DNA of 64,000 nt, taken from assembly GCA_963816145.1 (NCBI GenBank), contig CAWFJP010000004.1:224001-288000 (forward strand). Reading direction: 5' to 3'. Shown one piece after another: positions 39,691 to 50,830 of this stretch. Position 1 is the first letter of the stretch; every line of letters begins with the position of its first letter. The stretch comes from an uncultured delta proteobacterium (lineage in GTDB: Bacteria; Desulfobacterota; Binatia; UBA9968). The notes under the pieces are model-generated. The model was not told the origin of the DNA and did no database searches. It saw nothing but the letters and a program-made list of their open reading frames with translations. The position numbers and the translations under genes are program-made.

Positions 39691-40041
39691 GCTTTTTTGT
39701 CCTCAAAGTGCCCGGGCCTTTATCGCGGCAATTAAATATGAAACGGCGGGAGAGTCAACTGCGTTACCTCGATCGTCGCTAACGCGCCATCCCGACACCA
39801 ACGTGGATAGTTCCAAGCTTAAAATTGCTCCGCTGCCTCAATCGTTGACAACGGCCCGCGACGACCCGATGCAAACTACCGATTTCGAAACGGCGTGGCA
39901 TGAAATAGTGCGTCGCTCGCGGTGTCATCGATTAGCTCCTACACTTCGGTTTGGCAGGCAGGGGCGCTGTTGCCGATTTCTAAGAATTCCGCTGCGTTAT
40001 AATCACGCTTGTTAAATCGGCCGAATCGACTTAGCGAGACT

Positions 40042-40839
40042 TCAACCCTTGGCTTCGTTGCGCATCTCGGCCAGCAGCTCGTCTTCCCAGGCGCGGCTGC
40101 CGTCAATCGACCATTGAAACCCTGGGTCGCGGATTTCACCGGAGCGGGTGAACTTGGGCAGCTCTTCGAGCGCGCGTGCGAGTACCGCCTCGTTGCGGGC
40201 GCGGTCATGGGGCGGGCCGAAGGTGCGGCCCACCGGATGATCGACAAAGACTGCGCGCGGCGGAGTGACTTTGCTCATGATGTCATGGGCCGTGCCGATC
40301 ATCAGTGTCGGAATGCCCTGGCCTTCGATGACATGAGCGATGAGACCGACGGTCTCATGGCAGAAGGGTCAATAGGGAACTAGTAACGCGAGGTCGACCT
40401 GGGCTTGCTTCAAGTCGCTCGTAATCGCCGTCGCCAGCTGGTTTTCGACCTTATCATGGTCGCGCAAGCCGCCCATGAACGAAAAATGAAACGGTGACAA
40501 ATCGCCGACAACGCCGCGCTTCTGCAAGTTTGCCAATGCCGTGCGTGGAAAAACGATTTCGGGATCCTGCTTCGGCACCCGGCCGATGCCTGAATGATGA
40601 TCGATAATGATCTCTCCCGCGCTCGGATCGGACGGCACGCGCCGGTAGCCGAAATCTTCGCGTGGAATGAACGGCTCCTGATGCGCCAAACGCAATGCCG
40701 CGCTGCTCAACAGCGCGACGCGAGATTCATTTAACGGTTTCTTGATCGGACACCAAGCCGGCTTGGACGGCGCTACCAGCACGCGCGGCGGTTTGGGCGC
40801 CGAGTTTTGCGCCATGACGGGGAGATATTGGAAGGGCAT
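40042..40839 (-). CDS. PrdB/GrdB-like selenoprotein (Sec at TGA 40369-40371, UxxC motif)
   Basis: Two ORFs in the same frame joined by TGA: DLALLVPY-U-PFCHETVGLIAHVIEGQGIPT...PPRAVFVDHPVGRTFG; hairpin just downstream of the TGA. Confidence 0.85.
40340..40358 (-). promoter_or_regulatory. SECIS-like hairpin
   Basis: ATGAGACC-GTC-GGTCTCAT, a perfect 8-bp stem beginning 10 nt after the TGA. Confidence 0.7.
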
Positions 40840-41059
40840 AAAAAGAAAGCCTCCGGTGTGGTATTTCTACTTCAGTCATCGACCGGGATCAACTGAATTA
40901 ACCTGGCCGGCAGTCGTTGGGCGATTCGATGGGAATAATCAGACCATCTCACCTCCTGACTGAATATTCTCTTATCGCGGGTTTAAAAGAGTACGAAAAG
41001 TGGCAAGCCATGCCGCCCTACAGAGCTCGAGCCGGGTGTTGTTATCTGAATCGGTCCTG

Positions 41060-41967
41060 TCAAACTTTGGGAATCGGCATCGTGGCCGGATCGTGCTGAT
41101 AGCCGAGCCCGATGAGAAACTTATCGACGTCTCGTAAGGTTTCGTTGAACCACTTTCCATCGCCATGTCGCGGGTTGAAAAAGCCGTGCTTGGCTCCTGC
41201 GTAACCGACGATTTGACACTGATTACCGTAGGCTCTAGCCGCTGCGCAAAACCGTGTCACATCGGCGAAGGGAGCTTTAGTGTCAGCTTTGCCGTGGAGG
41301 ATTAGGGTGGGCGGTAAATCCGGGCCTAGATGATGCAGCGGCGATCCTTCCAGGGCTCGATCGCCGAACCGCTCCTGCAAATGTCCAAGCCAGGTATGAG
41401 TCGTGTCCACTGTCGGATTGAACAGTACGAGTGCGTTAGGTTTCGAACTGATCGTCCGATCCTCGCCGGCCTCATCGAACCTGCTGAAGAGCGCTGCGCT
41501 CAAAGCGATGTGGCCGCCAGCCGAGCCTCCCGACGCGACAATTCGCGTGGGATCGACGTGCAATTGCGTGGCGTGAGCGCGTACCCAGCGCAAAGCGGAT
41601 TTCGCATCGGCTATCGCTTCGAAGGGAGTGGTGCTGTGGCGGCCAAATACACGATAGTCAACTAGGATCGCAACCATGCCACGTTCGGCAAAGTGATGCG
41701 CTTGGGGCACGAACTGAGTGATCGACCCCTCCAGCCAACCGCCGCTAAAAAAAACACCATCGCCGGCCGGCGATCCTGGGGAGTGGCGCTTTCCGGGCCG
41801 AAGACATGCAGCCGCAACTGGTTGCCGCCGATGCTTTTATAGACGTGGGGCGAGGCACCGTCAACAGTCAGCTGCTGTGGCGGAATGGGGTTGGCGCGAG
41901 CCGATGACGCCAGGGAGGCGACGAGCACCGCAACCCCGATGTAACTTTTGTGGTGAATCACTGACAT
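41060..41967 (-). pseudogene. Secreted alpha/beta hydrolase (esterase) split by a frameshift in an 8-nt homopolymer
   Basis: Adding one T at 41747-41754 joins MSVIHH...PAMVFFF to SGGWLEG...GGSAGGH...HGKADT...HGFFN. Confidence 0.75.
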
Positions 41968-42419
41968 GTTTCAATTACCCGTCGCGGGTTTGTCCACGAA
42001 TGCGGCTCTCCGCCTTTTGTTTCTTTTCTGCGAAATTCCACTGATATTTGCCAATATATAAATATAGACGATTGAGCTTAGTCTATTGTTCACACCCCGA
42101 AGACCGGCTGCAAAATAAGTCTGTGTTGCCCATTTTCGGCACAAGAGTGCTTGTGCTCGGCGGTTTGTACCGCGAAGTCATCGGCAACGCACATTATCGT
42201 CGAAAGGCAGGTAACGGGAAAATTTCTTGCGAACCAGCTCGCACCGGGGCGTGAGCAGCGCCGGTGGCCCGGACTTTTGTCGCATTCGATCTTGCAGTAG
42301 CTAAAGCTGCTGGCGCCGGCTGGTTGGCTGGCGAATATAGAGAGGGACATTTTGACAAATATCTCGCCTTTCTCATGGCGAGTGAAATCTCGCCATCGTT
42401 ATGGTAAGCATTTGCCCTC

Positions 42420-43115
42420 ATGGTCGATGTTGGAGCCAACTATCGCGGCATTCTTGAGCGAATTGCTACTGCTGCGGCGAAGGCGGGGCGGGATGCGCGG
42501 GAGGTTCGGTTGTTGGCGGCTTCGAAGTCGCAGTCGGTTGACGCAATCCGCGTGGCGCTTGCGGCTGGGGTGGTGCTGGTTGGCGAGAATTACGTGCAGG
42601 AGGCGCAGGAAAAGAAGCGCCAATTGGCGGATGCCAAGACCGAATGGCATATGATCGGCCACTTGCAGCGCAATAAGGCAAAGTTGGCGGTGGACTTGTT
42701 CGACGTCATCGAATCGCTGGATAACTTGGCGTTGGCGCGGGAGTTGGACAAAGAGGCGGCTAAACGAAGCAAAATTGTGCGGGCTTTTATCGAAGTGAAT
42801 TTGGCCGGGGAGGAGAGCAAGGCCGGGATTGCTAAAAGTGAAGTTGCCGATTTGTTGGAACAGGTTTCCGGTTTGGCTCACATTAGAATAGAAGGGTTGA
42901 TGACCGTGCCGCCGTTTCGTGAAAATCTCGAAGAAGTCCGGTTGTACTTTCGCGAGTTGCGCGAGTTGCGCGATTCGCTCAGTTCACTGCATTTTCCTAA
43001 CGTGCAACTCAAAGAGCTGTCGATGGGCATGACCCAGGACTTCACCGTGGCGATCGAAGAGGGTGCGACCATCGTGCGCGTCGGTACCGCGCTGTTTGGG
43101 CCGCGGGGAAAATAA
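42420..43115 (+). CDS. yggS: PLP homeostasis protein
   Basis: ASKSQ; GENYVQE; WHMIGHLQRNK; LSMGM; VRVGTALFG. Confidence 0.95.
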   Translation: MVDVGANYRGILERIATAAAKAGRDAREVRLLAASKSQSVDAIRVALAAGVVLVGENYVQEAQEKKRQLADAKTEWHMIGHLQRNKAKLAVDLFDVIESLDNLALARELDKEAAKRSKIVRAFIEVNLAGEESKAGIAKSEVADLLEQVSGLAHIRIEGLMTVPPFRENLEEVRLYFRELRELRDSLSSLHFPNVQLKELSMGMTQDFTVAIEEGATIVRVGTALFGPRGK

Positions 43116-43118
43116 CCT

Positions 43119-43418
43119 ATGTTTCTGATCGCGAATCTGCTGGTTGCAGTGGCGCAAATTCTTGACTATGTCCTGTGGGCCTATGCCTGGATCTTATTGG
43201 GTCGTGTGGTGATCTCTTACATTAATGCCGATCCCAATAATCCGTTGATTAGGTTTCTTTACAGCGTCACGGAGCCGGTGCTCGAACGGGTGCGGGCGAA
43301 ATTGCCGGTGTCCAGTGGCGGTTTTGATTTTTCGCCAATTCTCGTGTGGTTAGCGGTGATGTTTTTGCAGCGTTTCTTGGTTCGTTCCCTGTACGATTTG
43401 GCGCAAGCGATCAGTTAA
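43119..43418 (+). CDS. yggT: YggT-family membrane protein
   Basis: DPNNP; TEPVL; DFSP. Confidence 0.9.
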   Translation: MFLIANLLVAVAQILDYVLWAYAWILLGRVVISYINADPNNPLIRFLYSVTEPVLERVRAKLPVSSGGFDFSPILVWLAVMFLQRFLVRSLYDLAQAIS

Positions 43419-43436
43419 CCACGGGAGGGTATTCAC

Positions 43437-44402
43437 ATGAAGTCTCTCTTTGCCGCCGATATTCGCGACAATCAATTGGTCGATTCTATGTTTCTGGTCG
43501 CGGCGAAAACCCATGGGGTGACCAAGACCGGCAACAGTTACCTGACGCTTAAGCTGGTCGACAAGAGCGGCGAGATCGAAGCGCGGGTGTGGGAGCGCGC
43601 CGACGATCTCGGGCGCGGTTTCGACAAGAATGATTTTGTTCGGGTGCGCGGACAGGCGACACTTTACCAGGGCAAGATGCAGCTGCGCGTGCAAGATGTT
43701 CTACGGGTCGACGAGTCGAAAGTCGCGCCGGAGGATTTTTTGCCCAAGAGTGCTTTCGATCCAGCATCCATGCTTGAAGAACTGCAAACTATTCTCCGCG
43801 CTATGAAAAATCCCCATTTGCTCGCTCTCGCGGAAGCTTGCTTCGCCGACGAGGAGCTGATGCGGTTATTAAGCCAGGCGCCCGGGGCCAAGACCATCCA
43901 TCATCCTTATTTAAGCGGATTGCTGGAGCACACGCTGTCCTTGATGAAGTTGATACTCAAAGTCGTCGAAAATTACCGGGGCATCGATGTCGATTTATTG
44001 CTGATGGGCGGCTTTCTCCATGATATCGGCAAAGTTTATGAATTCACTTTCGACCGGGCGGTGGATTACACCGATGCCGGTCAGTTGTTGGGCCATCTGG
44101 TCATGGAAGTGGAGATGGTGAGCAAAAAGATCGAGGCGATTCCGGACTTTCCCACTGAACTAGCTTTGCTGCTCAAGCATTTGTTGGTCAGTCATCATGG
44201 CGCCTATGAGTTCGGTTCGCCGAAATTGCCGCAGACGGTCGAAGCGGTGATTCTGCATTCCCTCGATGATCTCGACGGCAAGATACAGGCGATTCAGAAT
44301 ATACCGGAAAAAGAGCCGGGATCGAAATGGACTGCGTTTCATCGGGCGTATGGGCGGAGTTTTTATCGGGCCAATGGCGAGAAAACCGAGGCAGAGAAAT
44401 GA
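43437..44402 (+). CDS. OB-fold plus HD-domain 3'-5' exoribonuclease (YhaM-like)
   Basis: DKSGEIEARVW; HHPY..GLLEH; LHDIGK; SHHG. Confidence 0.88.
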   Translation: MKSLFAADIRDNQLVDSMFLVAAKTHGVTKTGNSYLTLKLVDKSGEIEARVWERADDLGRGFDKNDFVRVRGQATLYQGKMQLRVQDVLRVDESKVAPEDFLPKSAFDPASMLEELQTILRAMKNPHLLALAEACFADEELMRLLSQAPGAKTIHHPYLSGLLEHTLSLMKLILKVVENYRGIDVDLLLMGGFLHDIGKVYEFTFDRAVDYTDAGQLLGHLVMEVEMVSKKIEAIPDFPTELALLLKHLLVSHHGAYEFGSPKLPQTVEAVILHSLDDLDGKIQAIQNIPEKEPGSKWTAFHRAYGRSFYRANGEKTEAEK

Positions 44403-44569
44403 TCTGACGTGCGAAGTTGTAACCAAAGCAGCAAAGAGTTTAACCACTAAGGCGACAAGGAAATCCTGGGAGTCTGAGCGTAGTGGCGTATCATGATACG
44501 TCCTTGGGAGGTGAAGTGGTGGTTTTTGTCTCCCAGCGCTGTCAAATTTAGCTAGGGAGGTTTGTTATC

Positions 44570-45988
44570 ATGAGGAATTTGATTGCTGGGCAGTGGATCG
44601 ATAAGGCGAAAAAGATTGATGTTACCAATCCGTTCGACAACTCGGTGATTGATTCCGTGCCGAAGGCGGATGCGGCGGACTTGGAAAAGGCATTGGCCTT
44701 CGCCGAGCGCGGCGCCAAGGTGATGGCGAAGCTGTCGAGCTACGAGCGCTGGAAGATTCTCCGCAAAGCCGCGGATATGATGGCGGCGCGCAATGAAGAG
44801 CTGGGCCAGGTCATTTCCAAGGAAGAAGGCAAGATCATCGCCGAAGGGCGCGGTGAGGCGAATCGGGCGGTGGAAACCATGATGGGCTCGGCCGAGGAGG
44901 CCAAGCGCTTGCACGGCGAGACCGTGCCGCTGGACGCTGACCCTACCGGCAGCAAGAAGCTCGGTTTCACGTTGCGCGTGCCTTGCGGTGTGGTAGCGGC
45001 GATCGCGCCGTTTAATTTTCCCTTGAACCTGGTCTGCCACAAAGTCGGGCCGGCGTTGGCCGCGGGCAACACCGTAATAATCAAGCCGGCATCCGACACG
45101 CCGCTATCGGCGATCAAATTGACTGAAATTTTGCTTGAAGCGGGATTGCCGCCGGAAGGCATTCAATGTCTCACCGGTTCAGGCGGAGAAATTGGCGACG
45201 CGCTGGTGGCAGATCGTAGGGTCCGCAAGGTGACGTTCACCGGCAGCCGCGAGATCGGCGAGCGGATATGCCGCACGGCGGGAATCAAGAAAGTTACCAT
45301 GGAACTGGGTTCCAACAGTCCGGTGATCGTCATGCCCGACGCCGACATGGAAAAAGTCGCGGCGGTGTTAGCGATGACCGGCTACGGCAATGCCGGCCAA
45401 ACTTGCATCTCGACCCAGCGGGTATTGGCGTCGAAAAAGGTATACGGTGATTTGCTCAGCGCATTGAAGCCCAAGGTCGAGGCGCTGGCCACCGGCAATC
45501 AACTCGATGAGAAAAATAAAGTCGGCCCGATGGTCAAGGAGAGCGAAGCCGCCCGGGTGGATGAATGGATCAATGAAGCGGTTAGCAGCGGCGCAAAGTT
45601 GGTGGCCGGAGGCGGCCGGCGTGGCGCGATCTATCTGCCGGCGGTGGTCGCCGACGTCCATCCCGACATGCGCATCTCGCGCGACGAACTGTTCGGTCCG
45701 GCGGTGGCGGTGACGCCGTTTGATACGATTGAAGATGCCATCGCCCTGGCGAACGACAGCATCTATGGATTAGCCGCTGGGATTTTCACCGACAACGTTG
45801 AATGGGCGATGAAGTTCGCGCGTGAAGCGGAAGCGGGCAATCTGCATGTCAATTGGGGCTCCCAGTGGCGTGTCGACCTGATGCCCTATGGCGGACTGAA
45901 AGATTCCGGTTTCGGCAAAGAAGGGCCTAAGTACGCGGTGAACGAGATGACGGAACTGAAGATGGTAGTGTTTCATTTGAACAGTTGA
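44570..45988 (+). CDS. Aldehyde dehydrogenase family protein
   Basis: PFNFP; FTGS; MELGSN; AGQTCIS; ELFGP. Confidence 0.93.
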   Translation: MRNLIAGQWIDKAKKIDVTNPFDNSVIDSVPKADAADLEKALAFAERGAKVMAKLSSYERWKILRKAADMMAARNEELGQVISKEEGKIIAEGRGEANRAVETMMGSAEEAKRLHGETVPLDADPTGSKKLGFTLRVPCGVVAAIAPFNFPLNLVCHKVGPALAAGNTVIIKPASDTPLSAIKLTEILLEAGLPPEGIQCLTGSGGEIGDALVADRRVRKVTFTGSREIGERICRTAGIKKVTMELGSNSPVIVMPDADMEKVAAVLAMTGYGNAGQTCISTQRVLASKKVYGDLLSALKPKVEALATGNQLDEKNKVGPMVKESEAARVDEWINEAVSSGAKLVAGGGRRGAIYLPAVVADVHPDMRISRDELFGPAVAVTPFDTIEDAIALANDSIYGLAAGIFTDNVEWAMKFAREAEAGNLHVNWGSQWRVDLMPYGGLKDSGFGKEGPKYAVNEMTELKMVVFHLNS

Positions 45989-46029
45989 ACTAGGCGGTAG
46001 GCAATGCGCAAGAAAGAACTCACAATACG

Positions 46030-46764
46030 ATGATCGTAAAACCGAGAAACGACGGACGGAAGCCGAACCAATTGAGATCCGTAAAGATCATCCCGAGCTA
46101 CATCAAAACCGCCGACGGTTCGGTGCTGATCGAGATGGGCGATACCAAAGTGATTTGTACGGCCAAGCTCGAAGAGCGGGTACCGCCGTTTCTGCGCAAC
46201 AGCGGCAAAGGTTGGATCACCGCTGAGTACGGCATGTTGCCCGGCTCTTCGCAGCAACGTATCGGCCGCGAGTCGTCGCGCGGCAAGGTTGGCGGCCGCA
46301 CCCATGAAATTCAACGTTTGATCGGCCGCAGCTTGCGCGCCGTCGCCGACTTGAAACTGCTCGGCGAGCGGACCATTTGGATCGATTGCGACGTCATCCA
46401 GGCCGATGGTGGCACGCGTACGGCGTCGATCACCGGCGCCTACGTTGCGGTGACCGAAGCGGTAAAGAGTTGGCTCGACAAAGGCAAGCTGCTGCAAACC
46501 CCTATAAAGGATGCGGTCGCGGCGGTGAGCATCGGCATTGTCGACGGCAAGATCCTCTTGGATCTTTGCTACCAGGAAGATAGCACCGCCGATGTCGATA
46601 TGAACTTTGTCATGACCGGGTCGGGCAAGTTTATCGAAGTCCAAGGCACCGCCGAAAGCGAGCCGTTCACGCGTAAGCAGATGGAGCGCATGGCTGAGAT
46701 CGCCCAGGGCGGTATCAAGGATTTGCTCAAAGCGCAGAAGCAAGCGATTGCGGGCCTCGCATGA
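46030..46764 (+). CDS. rph: Ribonuclease PH
   Basis: [11 protein letters not shown]; [11 protein letters not shown]; [12 protein letters not shown]. Confidence 0.97.
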   Translation: MIVKPRNDGRKPNQLRSVKIIPSYIKTADGSVLIEMGDTKVICTAKLEERVPPFLRNSGKGWITAEYGMLPGSSQQRIGRESSRGKVGGRTHEIQRLIGRSLRAVADLKLLGERTIWIDCDVIQADGGTRTASITGAYVAVTEAVKSWLDKGKLLQTPIKDAVAAVSIGIVDGKILLDLCYQEDSTADVDMNFVMTGSGKFIEVQGTAESEPFTRKQMERMAEIAQGGIKDLLKAQKQAIAGLA

Positions 46765-46816
46765 GAGCCGATGCATCAGCTGCAAAGAGCGCAAAATTCG
46801 CAAAGACAATCTAGCC

Positions 46817-47431
46817 GTGATCGAACTCCTCGTTGCGACGACCAACTCAGGCAAGTTTGCCGAGGTGCAAGCGTTTCTCAGCCGACTGCCGATTCGAATT
46901 CGTTCCCTGCGTGACCTCGCAAATCCGCCCACGGTGCTGGAAGATGGCGCGACGTTCGAAGCCAATGCGCTTAAAAAGGCGCGGAGCTTGGCGGCGTATT
47001 CCGGGTTGCTCACACTCGCCGATGACTCCGGTCTGGAAGTTGATGTGCTGGACGGCGCGCCGGGAATCTACTCCGCGCGCTACTGCGGCGAGGACGGCAA
47101 CGATGATGAAAATAATCGTAAGCTCCTGCGCGAATTGGCCGGCGTCGCCGTAGCGCACCGTAGCGGGCGGTTCGTTTGCGCATTGGCGCTGTGCGCGCCT
47201 GACGATTCCGTCATGTCTGACTGGACCGTGCGTGAGTCTTGCGAGGGGCTAATTGCATTTGAACTCAAAGGCGCCAATGGGTTTGGCTACGATCCGCTAT
47301 TTTTCTATCCAGCGTTTGGCAAAACCTTTGGCGAGATCGACCGCGAAACTAAGGCGACGGTCAGTCACCGTGGTAAAGCGCTAACAAAGCTTGCCGCAGC
47401 GTTGCCTAAACTGGTTGATTTGGCCGGTTAA
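46817..47431 (+). CDS. rdgB: dITP/XTP pyrophosphatase
   Basis: ATTNSGK; ADDSGL; GFGYDP; SHRGKA; GTG start at 46817. Confidence 0.93.
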   Translation: MIELLVATTNSGKFAEVQAFLSRLPIRIRSLRDLANPPTVLEDGATFEANALKKARSLAAYSGLLTLADDSGLEVDVLDGAPGIYSARYCGEDGNDDENNRKLLRELAGVAVAHRSGRFVCALALCAPDDSVMSDWTVRESCEGLIAFELKGANGFGYDPLFFYPAFGKTFGEIDRETKATVSHRGKALTKLAAALPKLVDLAG

Positions 47432-47478
47432 CCTTGATTTGATCGAAGCCCAGTGTAGAATGGCCGCTGGTTAATTGA

Positions 47479-47555
47479 CGGGGCGTAGCGCAGCCTGGTA
47501 GCGCACCTGCCTTGGGCGCAGGGGGTCGGAAGTTCGAATCTTCTCGCCCCGACCA
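47479..47555 (+). tRNA. tRNA-Pro(TGG)
   Basis: Cloverleaf; anticodon arm CCTGC-CTTGGGC-GCAGG; CCA end. Confidence 0.95.
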
Positions 47556-47569
47556 ACGAACAATGGTAT

Positions 47570-47640
47570 GTGCTGAGCTATGAGTACTGAGTAATGTGGG
47601 GCGGAGGGGAAATTCCCCTCAGTACTCAGGACTCGTACTC
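47570..47640. repeat. Inverted arrays of short TGAGTAC-like units forming a hairpin
   Basis: TGCTGAG-CTATGAG-TACTGAG ... CTCAGTA-CTCAGGA-CTCGTACTC between tRNA genes. Confidence 0.5.
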
Positions 47641-47646
47641 GATTGG

Positions 47647-47723
47647 GCGCCAGTAGCTCAGCTGGATAGAGCAACGGCCTTCTAAGCCGTAGGTCAGGGG
47701 TTCGAATCCCTTCTGGCGCGCCA
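47647..47723 (+). tRNA. tRNA-Arg(TCT)
   Basis: Anticodon arm ACGGC-CTTCTAA-GCCGT; CCA end. Confidence 0.95.
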
Positions 47724-47734
47724 GACTGTTTTGC

Positions 47735-47812
47735 GGTGAGTGTAGCTCAATTGGTTAGAGCACTGGATTGTGGTTCCAGGGGTTGAGGGTTCAAGTCCCT
47801 TCACTCACCCCA
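47735..47812 (+). tRNA. tRNA-His(GTG)
   Basis: Anticodon arm CTGGA-TTGTGGT-TCCAG; G-1; CCA end. Confidence 0.95.
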
Positions 47813-47897
47813 GTTTGAAATCGGTGAATATCGAGGGTCGAGCATAGGTAACTGCAATCCGCGATCTTCCATTTTTCACGTTTAGTTTTATCCGTGC

Positions 47898-47973
<76 letters not shown>

Positions 47974-48135
47974 AATTCTCCTTCCTTATTTCCACAGAGC
48001 CGGGGTGCGAATTCTCCAGTCTGATAATCGATTAAACGAAATTGCGGGATATCTGTAAATCGCCACGGTATGCTATCATTACAACTGTTCGTTTCTGACT
48101 AATGTTGCAGTGAGCAGAAAAAAAAGCTGGTAGCA

Positions 48136-48654
48136 ATGGAACAAGGCTTAACTTATACGATGCCTCTGGAGGTCTACCTCTCTGCGGCGTTGGTGCGTGG
48201 GGTGCTGGAGACCAATCTCGATCGGGTTAGCAGTCACCTCCTGTTTCGCCAGGACGACCAGGTTTTTTCTCTGCGAGACGCGACCGTGGAAGATCTCAAC
48301 GGCCAGCCGATCGTTAGCCGCGCCGCTGAGTATGTCGTGTATATGCGCGAGGTTTACCTGATCGCCGACCTCAGTCCCGCCAACCAGTCACAGCGCTCCG
48401 GCTTCGAAAGTCTCTATCAGAAAAAGGATACCAGCAAGGCGTTGATCAGTGTGGGGCCGCACTTGATCCAGGGAGATGTTTACCTCCTTCCCGGTGGCGC
48501 GTTGTACGATCTGCTGCTCGAAAAGAATCAATTCATTCCCTTGACCCATGCGACCATCCTCGGCCGTCAACCCACTGCGCCGCGGACCTATTTGATCAAT
48601 CGTCATAAGATCGGCTTCATGACCGCGATGGGCGACGGTCTGGTGGAATTTTAA
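48136..48654 (+). CDS. Hypothetical protein with an apparent internal duplication
   Basis: 172-aa ORF; the two halves share GxV...DxL...FxxLxxATV/I patterns. Confidence 0.7.
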   Translation: MEQGLTYTMPLEVYLSAALVRGVLETNLDRVSSHLLFRQDDQVFSLRDATVEDLNGQPIVSRAAEYVVYMREVYLIADLSPANQSQRSGFESLYQKKDTSKALISVGPHLIQGDVYLLPGGALYDLLLEKNQFIPLTHATILGRQPTAPRTYLINRHKIGFMTAMGDGLVEF

Positions 48655-48657
48655 CCA

Positions 48658-48978
48658 ATGGCTGTTTATCCAACTGAGATTAATCACATCAAAGCGCGCG
48701 GCATCGTGCGCATAACTTGGGATGACGGCCATATCGGTGAATATGACGAGCCCTATCTGCGCGGTTTTTGCCCCTGCGCCATGTGCCAAGGCCATGGCGC
48801 CCAACGCCGTTTCATTTCGGTGCCCGAAGCGAAGCTTCAGGAGATTCGCGGTGTCGGCAACTATGCAATCGAGTTTCGCTGGCATGACGGCCACAGCACG
48901 GGAATCTATACATTTGAGTATCTGCGTTCGCTTTGTCCTTGTGCTGCCTGCGCTGGGGTGAGCGGCGATGATAGGTAA
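48658..48978 (+). CDS. DUF971 / GBBH-N-like protein
   Basis: WDDGH; LRGFCPCAMCQG; VGNYAI; DGHSTGIY. Confidence 0.88.
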   Translation: MAVYPTEINHIKARGIVRITWDDGHIGEYDEPYLRGFCPCAMCQGHGAQRRFISVPEAKLQEIRGVGNYAIEFRWHDGHSTGIYTFEYLRSLCPCAACAGVSGDDR

Positions 48979-49246
48979 TTGACCTCCAGAAGGTGTGCTC
49001 CCACTTGCCAGATCACTACAGGCCGCGACCCGAACAACTGAGTTTCATCAGTATCATTGACGCTCCGCAAGACGATCAACTGCATGTGTAAAGATGCGCA
49101 CCTGCCAACCGTACGTGAGCCAGTCTAAGATCCGTCTCAAGGCCCGCTACTGGCGCTCGTTGCGCTTGACTTACCACCGGGTAATTCTTACTCTCCTCTC
49201 CGAGTCGGCGAAGCTGGATCGACAGTTTGCAGCGACTGGGCGACCT

Positions 49247-49329
49247 GCGAGAGTGGCGGAATTGGCAGACGCACTAGACTTAGGATCTAGCGGGCAACCG
49301 TGGGGGTTCGAGTCCCCCCTCTCGCACCA
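49247..49329 (+). tRNA. tRNA-Leu(TAG)
   Basis: Anticodon arm CTAGA-CTTAGGA-TCTAG; variable arm; CCA end. Confidence 0.95.
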
Positions 49330-49471
49330 TGAAAGCTTCTGTTTCGTTCGACATACATTGAGATAGAAAGGTTAACGGTAAGGCTACCGCCCATTCACAT
49401 TGCGAGGTCCGAGACAATCCGGACTCGTCCTGCGTCAAAGCGCAAACGCCTCTGTCGTAAGAACATTGTAG

Positions 49472-50797
49472 ATGAAAGTTGCTATCGATGAATTGAGTTC
49501 GATCCAACGCAAGGTCAGCATTGAATTGCCGGCCGACCGGGTCGTGAACGAGTTTTCCCGCGCCTACAAGAATCTCGGCCAGCGGGTGCATGTCAGGGGA
49601 TTTCGCACCGGCAAGATTCCGCGCAAGGTGCTTCAGGGCATCTACGGTGAGGATGTCAAAGGCGAAGTACGCTCCCACCTGGTTGAGGAATGTCTCGCTG
49701 AGGTGGTTAAGGATCGGGGTCTGCAAATCGTCTCGCGGCCGGAAGTGGAGGCCAATGAGATCAAAGAAGACGATGGGTTTTCGTTCTCGGCGGTCTTTGA
49801 GGTCAAGCCAGCCATCGAATTGAAAGATTATTCGGGTGTCGAAGTCGAGAAGGTGAAGATTGCCGTCAGTGAAGAGCAGGTCGACGAGGCGCTTAAGCGT
49901 TTACAAGAAGGCCACGCGCGACTTGAGCTGGTGGAGGGTCGCGAAATCGTTCAGAAGGGCGACTTCGTGACGGTCGATTTCGAAGGAACGATTGCGGGTA
50001 AACCATTCGCCGGCGGCAAAGGTCAGAACTACGTGCTTGAAGTGGGCGCCGGGCACACCCTACCGCAGTTCGAAGAGGCCGTGGTTGGATTGCAATTGGG
50101 CCAGCAACATTCCTTCCCGGTGACCTATCCCGACAACTATCCAAACGCGGAAATCGCCGGCAAGGCCGTCGAGTTTGCGCTCACGGTTCGTGAGATCAAA
50201 CAGACAGTTCTGCCGGTGCTTGACGATGATTTCGCCAAAGATCACGGCGAGCATAGCTCGCTGGCTGAATTGCGCGGCGCGATTCGCAAGCGGCTTGAGG
50301 ATGAACTTAAGCATTATCAGGACGAGGACCTCAAAGATAAGATAATTAGTCGTCTGATCGAATCCCATATGTTTGTTGTGCCGCCATCGATGATCGATCG
50401 GCAGACCCGCTATTTAATGGAACGTTACCAAAGCCAAATGGCTGGACGTCCGGGCGCAGAAGACGATCCGGCGCCGCCGATGGAAGAGGCGCGCAAGAAT
50501 CTCGAAGGCCGCGCTGCCCGCCAAGTTCAGACGACATTGCTCGTCGAGAAAATCGCCCAGGCTGAAACCATCGAAGTCTCGGACAAAGAGCTGCAAGAGC
50601 GGGTTGACAATCTGGCGCGTGGCGCTGGCGACCGGGGCAAAGGCGTCCGAGAATACTACGCGCGGCCTGATGCACGCGACGATTTGCGCGCACAAATGGT
50701 GTTCGATCGCACGCTCAGCCTCTTGCTTGAGCGGGCAAAAATAAAAGAGGTCGATGCACCGACATCTACAGTTGATGCTACCGCCGAAAAAAGCTAG
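49472..50797 (+). CDS. tig: Trigger factor
   Basis: GFRTGKIP ribosome-binding motif; FKBP domain; upstream of clpPX. Confidence 0.95.
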   Translation: MKVAIDELSSIQRKVSIELPADRVVNEFSRAYKNLGQRVHVRGFRTGKIPRKVLQGIYGEDVKGEVRSHLVEECLAEVVKDRGLQIVSRPEVEANEIKEDDGFSFSAVFEVKPAIELKDYSGVEVEKVKIAVSEEQVDEALKRLQEGHARLELVEGREIVQKGDFVTVDFEGTIAGKPFAGGKGQNYVLEVGAGHTLPQFEEAVVGLQLGQQHSFPVTYPDNYPNAEIAGKAVEFALTVREIKQTVLPVLDDDFAKDHGEHSSLAELRGAIRKRLEDELKHYQDEDLKDKIISRLIESHMFVVPPSMIDRQTRYLMERYQSQMAGRPGAEDDPAPPMEEARKNLEGRAARQVQTTLLVEKIAQAETIEVSDKELQERVDNLARGAGDRGKGVREYYARPDARDDLRAQMVFDRTLSLLLERAKIKEVDAPTSTVDATAEKS

Positions 50798-50830
50798 AAT
50801 GGCCTTCGTGATTGAGGGGTTTAGCCACTT

